From Haliotis cracherodii (taxonomy: Eukaryota), in contig NW_027266286.1 of the NCBI RefSeq assembly GCF_022045235.1, positions 1,191,856 through 1,255,855 on the forward strand: 64,000 nucleotides of DNA, read 5' to 3'. Position 1 is the stretch's first letter, and every line of letters begins with the position of its first letter. The translations under genes were made by a program, and so were the position numbers. The notes under the pieces are model-generated. The model was given only the letters and a program-made list of their open reading frames with translations. It was not told the origin of the DNA and made no database searches. Positions 12,376 through 23,689 of the stretch are shown here, piece after piece.

Positions 12376-12677
12376 ATTCTTCTGATTATAAAGTAATGAC
12401 TCAGAAATACGAGTGATAGCGACATAAAGTAAAAATATGATAGATCTGCTATCTTCAGACCTATTCTCCCCAGGAATCTCAATCGCTTAGTCAATGAAAT
12501 CGATGAACACGGTGTCCCACAACGAGTAGAAACATCCTCTGTAGTTTTATACTAACACCAGCAGGAAGTGTCAACACGCCACACACACCAGGGCCACTGT
12601 GACTGGTCAGTGCTGCTGCTGTTCCTATAGTTTACAGTTTGGCTTACGGGAGGAATGGTACTACATATGTATTGACC

Positions 12678-13212
12678 GCCTGTGTGGTCTAGTGGTAGAG
12701 CGTCCGCCCTGACAGCAGAAGGTCTGGGGTTTGATCCCCGGCTGCGTCATACCATAAGACGTTAAAAGATGGTACTTGTTGTTACCCTGTCTGGGGCTCG
12801 GGAATTAAAGGGCTAAAAACAAGGACTGGTCGGCTCGGAGTCAGTATACTGTGTCTGAGTGGGATATTCATGTTAAACTGTGGCATGGTATCTCAGTGGG
12901 CTAGCACTATAAATCGGCATCAGTCCGGACTAGTACAAGCAGCCACACACACACATACATGCATATCACTATTTAAGTGGGGGCGGTCGGGTAGCCTAGT
13001 GATTAAAGCGTTCGCTCGTCACGCCAATGACCCGGGTTCGATTCCCGACATGGGTACAATGTGTGAAGCCCATTTCTTGTGTCCCCCGCCGTGATATTGC
13101 TGGAATATTGCTAAAAGCCGCGTAAAACCATACTCACTCACTCACTCACTATTTAAGTGCAATAATCTTGGACGCGATGTTTAACCCCACTTCACCTCAC
13201 CTCACTACACAT
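12678..13212 (+). mobile_element. SINE family C (tRNA-derived head ggtctagtggtagagc..ggtttgatcccc, about 300 bp body, (CA)n, 3' cacctcacctcac) with SINE-A nested at 12980-13150
   Basis: Same element occurs at 1219-1514(+) and 32722-33052(-). The tRNA-like acceptor stem does not pair, so this is a SINE and not a tRNA gene. Confidence 0.6.
12980..13150 (+). mobile_element. SINE family A (tRNA-like head gggcggtcgggtagcctagtggttaaagcg..gggttcgattccc; tail ttgctaaaagcggcgtaaaacc + (ACTC)n) with 13-bp TSD cactatttaagtg
   Basis: Direct repeats cactatttaagtg at 12967-12979 and 13147-13159 flank the insert. The interrupted sequence is contiguous in the other SINE-C copy (..tataaatgcaataatcttg..). Confidence 0.7.
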
Positions 13213-13476
13213 GTATCATGAATGGGTTCCTTTGAAAGACCTGGGATGCATCAGCAGGACATGTAATTCATTTGATGATAGTAAATGCATCTGTATGTCC
13301 GTGCTCTGTGCTCACGGGGCCAAGTCATCATCAGCTCAGTCAAGTGGACAGTGTGCATACACATCACATTCGTCACATTACCATCTCATCCTACCGGGTA
13401 CCCATTCACTGCTTGGTGAACAGAGGCATGCCCCTGGCCCCAGATGGAACTCGTGTCAACTCGTCATACCCCAGAC

Positions 13477-13634
13477 GGGCAGTCAGGTAGCCTAGTGGTT
13501 TAAGCGTTCACTCGTCACGCCGAAGACCAGACATGGGTACAATGTGTGAAGCCCATTTCTGGTGTCCCCCATCGGGATATTGCTGGAATATTGCTAAAGG
13601 CAGTGTCAAATCATATTCACTCACTCACTAACTC
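13477..13634 (+). mobile_element. SINE family A copy
   Basis: gggcagtcaggtagcctagtggtttaagcg..ggtacaatgtgtgaagcccatttctggtgtccccc..ttgctaaaggcagtgtcaaatc..cactcactcactaactc. Confidence 0.55.
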
Positions 13635-13639
13635 ATGTG

Positions 13640-14754
13640 TGTCATATCTCATACCTAGATGGAACTCATGTGTCATACCCCAGACCCAGATGGAACTCAT
13701 GTGTCATACCCCAGACCCAGATGGAAGTCATGTGTCATACCTCATAACCAGATGGAACAAGTGTGTCATACCCCAGTCCCAAATGGAGCTCGTGTCATAC
13801 CCCAGACCCAGGTGGGACAAGTGTGAGACTTACCGTGCCCTAGGTGGGACTCGTGTGTCATACCCCCTACCCAGGTGGGACAAGTGTGTCATACCCTCTA
13901 CCCAGGTGGGACAAGTGTGTCATACCCCCTACCCAGGTGGGACAAGTGTGAGACTTACCGTGCCCGAGGTGGGACTCGTGTGTCATACCCTCTACCCAGG
14001 CGGGACAAGTGTGAGACTTACCGTGCCCCAGGCGGGACAAGTGTGAGACTTACTGTGCCCCAGGTGGGACAAGTGTGAGACTTACCTTGTCCCAGGTGGG
14101 ACAAGTGTGAGACTTACCTTGCCCCAGGTGGGACAAGTGTGAGACTTACCGTGCCCCAGGCGGGACTCGTGTGTCATACCCTCTACCCAGGCGGGACAAG
14201 TGTGAGACTTACCGTGCCCCAGGCGGGACAAGTGTGAGACTTACTGTGCCCCAGGCGGGACAAGTGTGAGACTTACTGTGCCCCAGGCGGGACAAGTGTG
14301 TGACTTACTGTGCCCCAGGTGGAACAAGTGTGTGACTTACTGTGCCCCAGGTGGAACAAGTGTGAGACTTACTGTGCCCCAGGCGGGACAAGTGTGAGAC
14401 TTACTGTGCCCCAGACGGGACAAGTGTGAGACTTACTGTGCCCCAGGTGGAACAAGTGTGAGACTTACTGTGCCCCAGGTGGAACAAGTGTGAGACTTAC
14501 TGTGCCCCAGGTGGAACAAGTGTGAGACTTACTGTGCCCCAGGCGGGACAAGTGTGAGACTTACTGTGCCCCAGGCGGGACAAGTGTGAGACTTACCGTG
14601 CCCCAGGTGGGACTCGTGTGTCATACCCTCTACCCAGGTGGGACTCGTGTGTCATACCCTCTACCCAGGCGGGACAAGTGTGAGACTTACCGTGCCCCAG
14701 GCGGGACAAGTGTGAGACTTACCGTGCCCCAGGCGGGACAAGTGTGAGACTTAC
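13640..14754. repeat. 31-32-bp composite minisatellite. Proximal units are copies of the minus-strand exon 1 end plus its GTAAGT donor (minus reading ggggcacg|gtaagtctcacacttgtcccgcct).
   Basis: The array starts exactly at the donor (14754) and runs through intron 1. Distal units shift to tcataccccagacccagatggaactcatgtg. Confidence 0.85.
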
Positions 14755-14806
14755 CGTGCCCCAGAGACGTGACAGCCAGGAGAATGTACAGTGTGTTGGC
14801 CTCCAT
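14755..14806 (-). CDS. Exon 1 (coding part) of a novel type I membrane glycoprotein; signal peptide MEANTLYILLAVTSLGH(+g)
   Basis: ATG with Kozak context (A at -3, G at +4) and a hydrophobic h-region. Canonical donor CACG|gtaagt. The phase-1 end joins exon 2 in frame. Not in the ORF track; the listed ORF 14719..14952 is in another frame. Confidence 0.5.
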
Positions 14807-15439
14807 GCTGCTCGGTGATAGTAGGTCCTTGCGACAAGCTGGTCCACCGACAACACACAGACAAGAAACAAGGAAGTGTAACTAGCCAGCTCTGCCTGCC
14901 AGGATATGACGAGAGGGAGGGTCGGATGTAGATCAGTCATACACAGCGACAAGAACCAAAACCAGTCCTCACTCAGACTGTCTGTTTAGAAGTATTTCCA
15001 TATTTCAAAGAAACATGTTTTTATTTTTAAGTGGTGAAAAGTTTCAATTGTTTATTGTTGTTGTAATGGTTGTCAATATTTGCCATCAGTTTTTTTCAAC
15101 AAATTAGGAAAGTTTTTAGTTGTTTGTTTTATCAGAAAATAATATTAATGTATATATGATGAACATGCATGGAGTGTGTGCTCAACTGTGTAATACTTCC
15201 TATATCACCACATTCACCTGCTTGTTATCCCAGGTGGGACTGTGGTTAGTTATTACACACGTATTCACAATCAGAGCTAACTGAGTTCAGCTGAAGGAGG
15301 CTGTTAAGGGAAGAATTGTGTGAAGAGTGTATTCACAGCAGATATAGGTCATAGTATTATTCTGTATGAATATTTGTCTCTGTCAATACTCAGGTAGTTC
15401 CTGGGTCCCCTGTCCACAATATTGGGGCCGACACGTGAT

Positions 15440-15830
15440 CTGTAGATGTCTATACAACTCACACTGTTGTCAGTTACCTGCAATCAGGACTCACTGTGCG
15501 TTGTGGGCAGCCACCTGCAATCAGGACTCACTGTGTGTTGTGGGCAGCCACCTGCAATCAGGACTCACTGTGCGTTGTGGGCAGCCACCTGCAATCAGGA
15601 CTCACTGTGTGTTGTGGGCAGCCACCTGCAATCAGGACTCACTGTGTGTTGTGGGCAGCCACCTGCAATCAGGACTCACTGTGCATTGTCGGCAGCCACC
15701 TGCAATCAGGACTCACTGTGTGTTGTGGGCAGCCACCTGCAATCACGACTCACTGTGCGTTGTGGGCAGCCACCTGCAATCAGGACTCACTGTGTGTTGT
15801 CGGCAGCCATGCATGACTTGATCGCTCTTC
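15440..15830. repeat. 37-bp minisatellite caatcaggactcactgtgYgttgtgggcagccacctg
   Basis: Three overlapping frames are open (ORFs 15366..15821 etc.). Artefactual ORFs. Confidence 0.8.
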
Positions 15831-15849
15831 AGATTTAAGTCGTACATGC

Positions 15850-17780
15850 AAAGCTGTGTCAGACACTCCCTCACTCACTCCACCACAACAATATGGAGGA
15901 GAGTATGCAATGCTGTGTCAGACACTCACTCACTCAACCACAACAATATAGAGGAGAGTATGCAATGCTGTGTCTGACACTCACTCACTCACTCCACCAC
16001 AACAATATGGAGGAGAGTATGCAATGCTGTGTCAGACGGCACTCTCACTCCACCACAACAATATGGAGGAGAGTATGCAATGCTGTGTCAGACACTCACT
16101 CACTCACTCAACCACAACAATATGGAGGAGAGTATGCAATGCTGTGTCAGACACTCACTCACTCACTCAACCACAACAATATGGAGGAGAGTATGCAATG
16201 CTGTGTCAGACACTCACTCACTCACTCCACAACAACAATATGGAGGAGAGTATGCAATGCTGTGTCAGACACTCACTCACTCACTCCACCACAAAATATA
16301 TGGAGGAGAGTATGCAATACTGTGTCAGACACTCACTCACTCACTCCACCACAACAATATGGAGGAGAGTATGCAATGCTGTGTCAGACGGCACTCTCAC
16401 TCCACCACAACAATATGGAGGAGAGTATGCAATGCTGTGTCAGACACTCACTCACTCACTCAACCACAACAATATGGAGGAGAGTATGCAATGCTGTGTC
16501 AGACACTCACTCACTCACTCAACCACAACAATATGGAGGAGAGTATGCAATGCTGTGTCAGACACTCACTCACTCACTCCACAACAACAATATGGAGGAG
16601 AGTATGCAATGCTGTGTCAGACACTCACTCACTCACTCCACCACAAAATATATGGAGGAGAGTATGCAATACTGTGTCAGACACTCACTCACTCACTCAA
16701 CCACAACAATATGGAGGAGAGTATGCAATGCTGTGTCAGACACTCACTCACTCACTCATGACAATATAGAGGAGAGTATGCAATGCTTTATCAGACACTC
16801 ACTCACTCACTCCACCACAAAATATATGGAGGAGAGTATGCAATACTGTGTCAGACACTCACTCACTCACTCCACCACAACAATATGGAGGAGAGTATGC
16901 AATGCTGTGTCAGACACTCACTCACTCACTCATGACAATATAGAGGAGAGTATGCAATGCTTTATCAGACACTCACTCACTCACTCCACAACAATATGGA
17001 GGAGAGTATGCAATGCTTTATCAGACGCTCACTCACTCATGACAATATAGAGGAGAGTATGCAATGCTTTATCAGACACTCACTCACTCATTCCACAACA
17101 ATATGGAGGAGAGTATGCAATGCTGTGTCAGACACTCACTCACTCACTCATGACAATATAGAGAAGAGTATGCAATGCTTTATCAGACACTCACTCACTC
17201 ACTCCACAACAATATGGAGGAGAGTATGCAATGCTTTATCAGACGCTCACTCACTCATGACAATATAGAGGAGAGTATGCAATGCTTTATCAGACACTCA
17301 CTCACTCACTCCACAACAATATGGAGGAGAGTATGCAATGCTGTGTCAGACACTCACTCACTCATGACAATATGGAGGAGAGTATGCAATGCTTTATCAG
17401 ACACTCACTCACTCATGACAATATGGAGGAGAGTATGCAATGCTTTATCAGACACTCACTCACTCATGACAATATAGAGGAGAGTATGCAATGCTTTATC
17501 AGACACTCACTCACTCATGACAATATAGAGGAGAGTATGCAATGCTTTATCAGACGCTCACTCACTCATGACAATATGGAGAAGAGTATGCAATGCTTTA
17601 TCAGACACTCACTCACTCATGACAATATGGAGAAGAGTATGCAATGCTTTGTCAGACACTCACTCACTCATGACAATATAGAGGAGAGTATGCAATGCTT
17701 TATCAGACACTCACTCACTCATGCCAATATGGAGGAGAGTATGCAATGCTTTGTCAGACACTCACTCACTCATGACAATA
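15850..17780. repeat. About 57-60-bp minisatellite containing the SINE-tail motif (cactcactcac)+ccacaacaatatggaggagagtatgcaatgctgtgtcagacact
   Basis: About 33 units. ORFs 15893..17050 etc. are periodic artefacts. Confidence 0.8.
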
Positions 17781-18999
17781 TGGAGGAAACACTATGTCAT
17801 TCATACACCCAGTCACTCTTTGATACAATCACTCATGCTGTCATTCGTTCATTCACCCGTTCGTTCATGCATTCATTAATTCATTCACATAACCCTTCAC
17901 TCATACTTCAACTTGATCACTCTTTCCCCAAGTCATTGAATCACTGTATTTTGTCACTGACTGAATTGTTTTGAGACAGTGACCGTGGCGTTGTAGTGGA
18001 GGAGATGGTGGTATCAGTGCAGCATGTATGTCTTCCTGATCAGTCGACATCGAGACCGTGGCACCTAACACACAAGGAACAAACAGGGTTGCGGCCTCCT
18101 AACAACCACTGCAGATTGTTGCAAGGCATATTCCGTGTTGACCCAGGAAGTCAATGTCCTTGTGCACAATGGGTTATCATAATAACTACAAACATCCTGA
18201 ACACAATGTGAGTGTTTAGATTGAGGACATGATAAACAACTTTGACAGCTTTCATAGAAAAGGATGATGTTTCTATTGTTGAGTGACGTGATGACATGTT
18301 GTTGCTGCAATGACATCCTCATTAATCCAGGTTGTTATATCTCCACTCAATCTTGATAAAAAAAACCTGGACATTCTCTACCAATACCCAGTTGCCTCTT
18401 ACAACACTGTTTTTTCAATCATTTCTGTGAATTTGAGAAAATTGTGACTATAATGTATTCCTGTGCCACTTCATTGTTGATGTTCATGCTATCAACCACT
18501 GGTTTGTTTACTTCAACCCGGCAAATATTGAACATCAGGGAGTCCTTTCAACTCATGACAAGCTGACAGTTTCCTCCTCACGACAACTTGATAAACAGAC
18601 TTGTTATCTGGGTGGGATGTTCCTGTGATGGCCTTGGTGGCGATTGTGGTAGAAGACGGGCGTATTTCTGTGTTCACCAGGACGTGTATTTATTTGCTCA
18701 CTGAAAATCCTTATGCTGATCATGACCTAACTCCTACAATCATGTTAATTATTTAATCAATTTATTAAAATGTGCATCTGGTGTGCACAATGACTGAACG
18801 CAGAAAAAGAATATGCTGTGTCCTGAGGGACCACAATAATACTCATTGTACCCACAGCGCATGAAGAACAGTTGTTGGTGTCTGTTATTTCATCCCTCAA
18901 TCAATCAATTATCTAAACATACAGCACACTACACCATTTCATTACTTTACAGGACATCCAAATTGCCAACAAGGACCCTTAAAATGAGGGTAGGTGGGG

Positions 19000-19153
19000 T
19001 AGGCTAGTTGTTAAAGTGTTCGCTTATCACGCCGAAGATCCAGGTTCAATTCCCCACATAAATACAATGTTTGAAGCCCATTTCTGGTGTCTCGTGCCAT
19101 GATATTGCTGGAATATTTCTAAAAGGAGCATAAAACAATACTCCCTCACTCAC
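19000..19153 (+). mobile_element. SINE family A copy (diverged) immediately upstream of the 48-bp array
   Basis: ggtaggctagttgttaaagtg..ccaggttcaattcccc..aatgtttgaagcccatttctggtgtc..attgctggaatatttctaaaagga..ctcactcacc. Confidence 0.5.
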
Positions 19154-19214
19154 CCCTACAAATGAATTATTGGATGTACCCTGAACCCCAATTTCTGTAA
19201 GTCTAGGAAAACCC

Positions 19215-20400
19215 CAGCAACAGGCATCCAGATGACGACAATGTCACCTGACACACAAGCTCCTGCATCAGTCATCCAGATGACGACAATGTCACCTGAC
19301 ACACAAGCTCCTGCATCAGTCATCCAGATGAGGACAATGTCACCTGACACACAAGCTCCTGCATCAGTCATCCAGATGACGACAATGTCACCTGACACAC
19401 AAGCTCCTGCAACAGGCATCCAGATGACGACAATGTCACCTGACACACAAGCTCCTGCATCAGTCATCCAGATGAGGACAATGTCACCTGACACACAAGC
19501 TCCTGCAACAGGCATTCAGATGACAATGTCACCTGACACACAAGCTCCTGCATCAGTCATCCAGATGACGACAATGTCACCTGACACACAAGCTCCTGCA
19601 TCAGTCATCCAGATGACGACAATGTCACCTGACACACAAGCTCCTGCAACAGGCATTCAGATGACGACAATGTCACCTGACACACAAGCTCCTGCATCAG
19701 TCATCCAGATGACGACAATGTCACCTGACACACAAGCTCCTGCAACAGGCATCCAGATGACGACAATGTTACCTGACACACAAGCTCCTGCATCAGTCAT
19801 CCAGATGACGACAATGTCACCTGACACACAAACTCCTGCAACAGTCATCCAGATGACGACAATGTCACCTGACACACAAGCTCCTGCATCAGTCATCCAG
19901 ATGAGGACAATGTCACCTGACACACAAGCTCCTGCATCAGTCATCCAGATGACGACAATGTCACCTGACACACAAGCTCCTGCAACAGGCATCCAGATGA
20001 GGACAATGTCACCTGACACACAAGCTCCTGCAACAGGCATCCAGATGACGACAATGTCACCTGACACACAAACTCCTGCATCAGTCATCCAGACGACAAT
20101 GTTACCTGACACACAAGCTCCTGCAACAGTCATCCAGATGACGACAATGTCACCTGACACACAAGCTCCTGCATCAGTCATCCAGATGACGACAATGTTA
20201 CCTGACACACAAGCTCCTTCAACAGGCATCCAGATGACGACAATGTCACCTGACACACAAGCTCCTGCATCAGTCATCCAGATGACGACAATGTCACCTG
20301 ACACACAAGCTCCTGCATCAGTCATCCAGATGACGACAATGTCACCTGACACACAAGCTCCTGCAACAGGCATCCAGATGACTCACACTCACTCACTCAC
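19215..20400. repeat. 48-bp minisatellite atgacgacaatgtcacctgacacacaagctcctgcatcagtcatccag (about 24 units), ending in (CACT)n at 20385-20410
   Basis: A SINE-A copy (19000-19153) lies at the 5' boundary and (cactcact)n at the 3' boundary. The 403-aa ORF 19232..20443 has a 16-aa period. Confidence 0.85.
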
Positions 20401-20739
20401 TCACTCACTGAGTCGTGTCACCAGGAGGAGCCTTCATCAGTGACAACACATGGTCCAGGAAAGAGAATGTAGCAAGTGCACATTTCTTCCTCTTTGCTGC
20501 GGAAGCTGGCTGTCAAGTGGTTATGAAATAAATGGATCTATTTAAGATACCTTTGTGTTTAGTATTCATTTTTATATTTTGATCAAAGGTAATTGAAATC
20601 CAACCAGCAAGTATCTCTCTCAGATGTTTGGCTAGAATAGCTATGAAGAGATGAAATGGTAAATTCTACTTGTTATAATTGGTCAAATAATTTTGGTCTG
20701 TAAGCTAGCCCCATAATGGAGGTGCCAAGCTAGACACAG

Positions 20740-21030
20740 CTTCAGTGGGGATATATGAATGCTATCTAGCCAGACACAGCTTCAGTGGGGATATATGAAT
20801 GATATCTAGCCAGACACAGCTTCAGTGGGGATATATGAATGCTATCTTGCCAGACACAGCTTCAATGGGGATATATGAATGCTATCTAGCCAGACTGAGC
20901 TTCAAGGGGTATATATGAATGCTATCTAGGCAGACACAGCTTCAATGGGGATATATGAATGCTATCTAGCCAGACACAGCTTCAATTGGGATATATGAAT
21001 GCTATCTAGCCAGACACAGCTTCAAGGGGT
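20740..21030. repeat. 40-bp minisatellite gctatctagccagacacagcttcaRtggggatatatgaat (about 7 units)
   Basis: Tandem copies visible. Confidence 0.8.
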
Positions 21031-21499
21031 TTATATCCATGTTATCTAGTTAGACAGCTATACTGGGCATATGGAAACCATGTTATCTAGTTAGACAGCT
21101 TCAGTGGACATAGGGCCATGTTATCTAGTTAGTCACAGCTACACACAGATTCATTGGGTATCTGTCCATGTGTTTGTGTATAAAGAGGTCGACAATCAAG
21201 CAGTATAGCACAGTGTCACATATTTTTTAACAAATGAAACTATTTGATAATTGAGGGGCTGTAGGTTTGGAGAACTGCCATCATCATTGGCCCATCACAC
21301 AACCACCCTCATCTCAGCAACCACCATCATACTATTGGATCATCTCACTGGAGGTGCTGTTTGATGATTATGTGTATTTTTCAACCCGGCATACAACCAT
21401 CATACGATCATCATAAACCATCATATGAATATCATACTTTTGACCTCTGACCTATCCCAAGGCCAGAGGGAAAACACCCCTGTAATGATATCATCATAT

Positions 21500-22335
21500 T
21501 GTCTGTTTTATTGATTGCTGTATGTTGTATTGACTGCTGTATGTTGTATTGACTGCTGTATGTTGTATTGATTGCTGTGTTGTATTGATTGCTGTATGTT
21601 GTATTGATTGCTGTGTTGTATTGATTGCTGTATGTTGTATTGACTGCTGTATGTTGTATTGACTGCTGTATGTTGTATTGATTCCTCTGTTGTATTGATT
21701 GCTGTATGTTGTATTGACTGCTGTATGTTGTATTGATTGCTGTATGTTGTATTGACTGCTGTATGTTGTATTGACTGCTGTATGTTGTATTGATTGCTGT
21801 GTTGTATTGATTCCTCTGTTGTATTGATTGCTGTATGTTGTATTGATTCCTCTGTTGTATTGATTGCTGTATGTTGTATTGATTGCTGTGTTGTATTGAT
21901 TGCTGTATGTTGTATTGACTGCTGTATGTTGTATTGATTGCTGTATGTTGTATTGACTGCTGTATGTTGTATTGATTGCTGTATGTTGTATAGATTACTG
22001 TATGTTGTATTGATTGCTGTGTTGTATTGATTGCTGTATGTTGTATAGATTACTGTATGTTGTATTGACTGCTGTATGTTGTATTGACTGCTGTGTTGTA
22101 TTGACTGCTGTATGTTGTATTGACTGCTGTATGTTGTATTGATTGCTGTGTTGTATTGATTCCTCTGTTGTATTGATTGCTGTATGTTGTATTGATTGCT
22201 GTATGTTGTATTGATTGCTGTATGTTGTATTGATTGCTGTATGTTGTATTGATTGCTGTATGTTGTATTGATTGCTGTATGTTGTATTGATTGCTGTGTT
22301 GTATTGATTGCTGTATGTTATATTGATTGCTGTGT
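21500..22335. repeat. 21-bp minisatellite tgtattgaYtgctgtatgttg (about 40 units), nearly AG-free, ending about 40 bp upstream of the exon A acceptor
   Basis: Unit resembles the acceptor-proximal sequence caatgtatgttgtattgcag. Only rare AG dinucleotides (e.g. tatagattactg variants). Confidence 0.85.
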
Positions 22336-22378
22336 TTTATGCATAATGATGTACTGATCAATGTATGTTGTATTGCAG

Positions 22379-22490
22379 TTACTACAAATTGGACAACACA
22401 GAGCAGGACATCATTAACAAGTATCTGTCTGGCTTGGTAGAGAAGGCACTGATAGAACTCGAGGGTTCTTACTGTCTGCAAGTTGGTGAG
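22379..22490 (+). CDS. SNRNP200: U5 snRNP 200 kDa helicase (Brr2) exon, C-terminal Sec63 region; encodes (t)YYKLDNTEQDIINKYLSGLVEKALIELEGSYCLQVGE
   Basis: Acceptor tgtattgcag|tt, donor GAG|gtgagt. Translation aligns with human SNRNP200 YYNL..[30 protein letters not shown] from memory. Phase links to next exon. Homology recalled, not searched. Confidence 0.75.
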
Positions 22491-23440
22491 GTGAGTGATG
22501 GAACGTGAGGGTTCTTACTGTCTGCAAGTTGGTGAGGTGAGTGATGGAATGTGAGGGTTCTTACTTTCGGCAAATTGGTGAGGTGAGTGATGTAATGTGA
22601 GGGTTCTTACTGTCTGCAAGTTGGTGAGGTGAGCAATGTGAGGGTTCTTACTGTCTGCAAGTTGGTGAGGTGATTGATGGAACGTGAGGGTTCTTACTGT
22701 CTGCAAGTTGGTGAGTTGAGCGATGGAACATGAGAGTTCTTACTGTCTGAAAGTTGGTGAGGTGAGCAATGTGAGGGTTCTTACTGTCTGCAAGTTGGTG
22801 AGTTGAGCGATGGAACATGAGGGTTCTTACTGTCTGCAAGTTGGTGAGGTGAGTGACGGAATGTGAGGGTTCTTACTGTCTGCAAGTTGGTGAGGTGAGT
22901 GATGGAACGCGAGGGTTCTTACTGTCGGCGAGTTGGTGAAGTGAGTGATGTAATGTGAGGGTTCTTACTGTCTGCATGTTGGTGAGTTGAGCGATGGAAC
23001 ATGAGGGTTCTTACTGTCTGCAAGTTGGTGAGGTGAGCAATGTGAGGGTTCTTACTGTCTGCAAGTTGGTGAGGTGATTGATGGAACGTGAGGGTTCTTA
23101 CTGTCTGCAAGTTGGTGAGTTGAGCGATGGAACATGAGAGTTCTTACTGTCTGCAAGTTGGTGAGGTGAGCAATGTGAGGGTTCTTACTGTCTGCAAGTT
23201 GGTGAGTTGAGTGACGGAATGTGAGGGTTCTTACTGTCTGCAAGTTGGTGAGGTGAGTGATGGAACCTCGAGGGTTCTTACTGTCTGCAAGTTGGTGAGG
23301 TGAGTGACGGAATGTGAGGGTTCTTACTGTCTGCAAGTTGGTGAGGTGAGTGATGGAACGCGAGGGTTCTTACTGTCTGCAAGTTGGTGAGGTGAGAGAT
23401 GGATCTTGAAGCTTCCTACTGTTTGCAAGTTGGTGAGAGC
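22461..23440. repeat. 45-46-bp minisatellite (about 21 units), each unit a copy of the SNRNP200 exon A 3' end plus its 5' splice site (gagggttcttactgtctgcaagttggtgag|gtgagtgatggaaYgt)
   Basis: The first unit is the authentic exon end and donor; the rest follow head-to-tail in the intron. Every unit retains GAG|GTGAGY. Confidence 0.9.
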
Positions 23441-23689
23441 CTTAGACAGTAGTATGATTGAAACCCTTGTACTTCTTCGAAACATAAATGGTACATGTTT
23501 TTGTGATGGTCTGAAACATCTCTCCCTCAGAGGATGGAGCAAAGAAGATGCAAATGTGCTTCTTAAATACCAACTTCATTGAACATTGCCCCATTTTAGT
23601 ATTATGTCTCCCCCCTTAACATTTTTATCCGGATGAGAGTTACCCAGCATATGGTATTTATTCTTCTGTGACACGGGGGCAGAATGCTC

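Noticed and set aside
14719-14952. ORF 14719..14952 (-) 77 aa overlapping the proposed exon 1
   Set aside because: It is in a different frame from the ATG that gives a signal peptide and joins exon 2 in phase. It reads through the donor into the repeat array. It is treated as a spurious or uORF-like frame.
15366-20443. Periodic ORFs 15893..17050 (385 aa), 19232..20443 (403 aa), 19657..20373 (-), 15366..15838
   Set aside because: They lie inside the 37-, about 58- and 48-bp minisatellites. Overlapping frames on both strands are open, and the translations are simple 12-20 aa repeats. They are artefacts of tandem periodicity.
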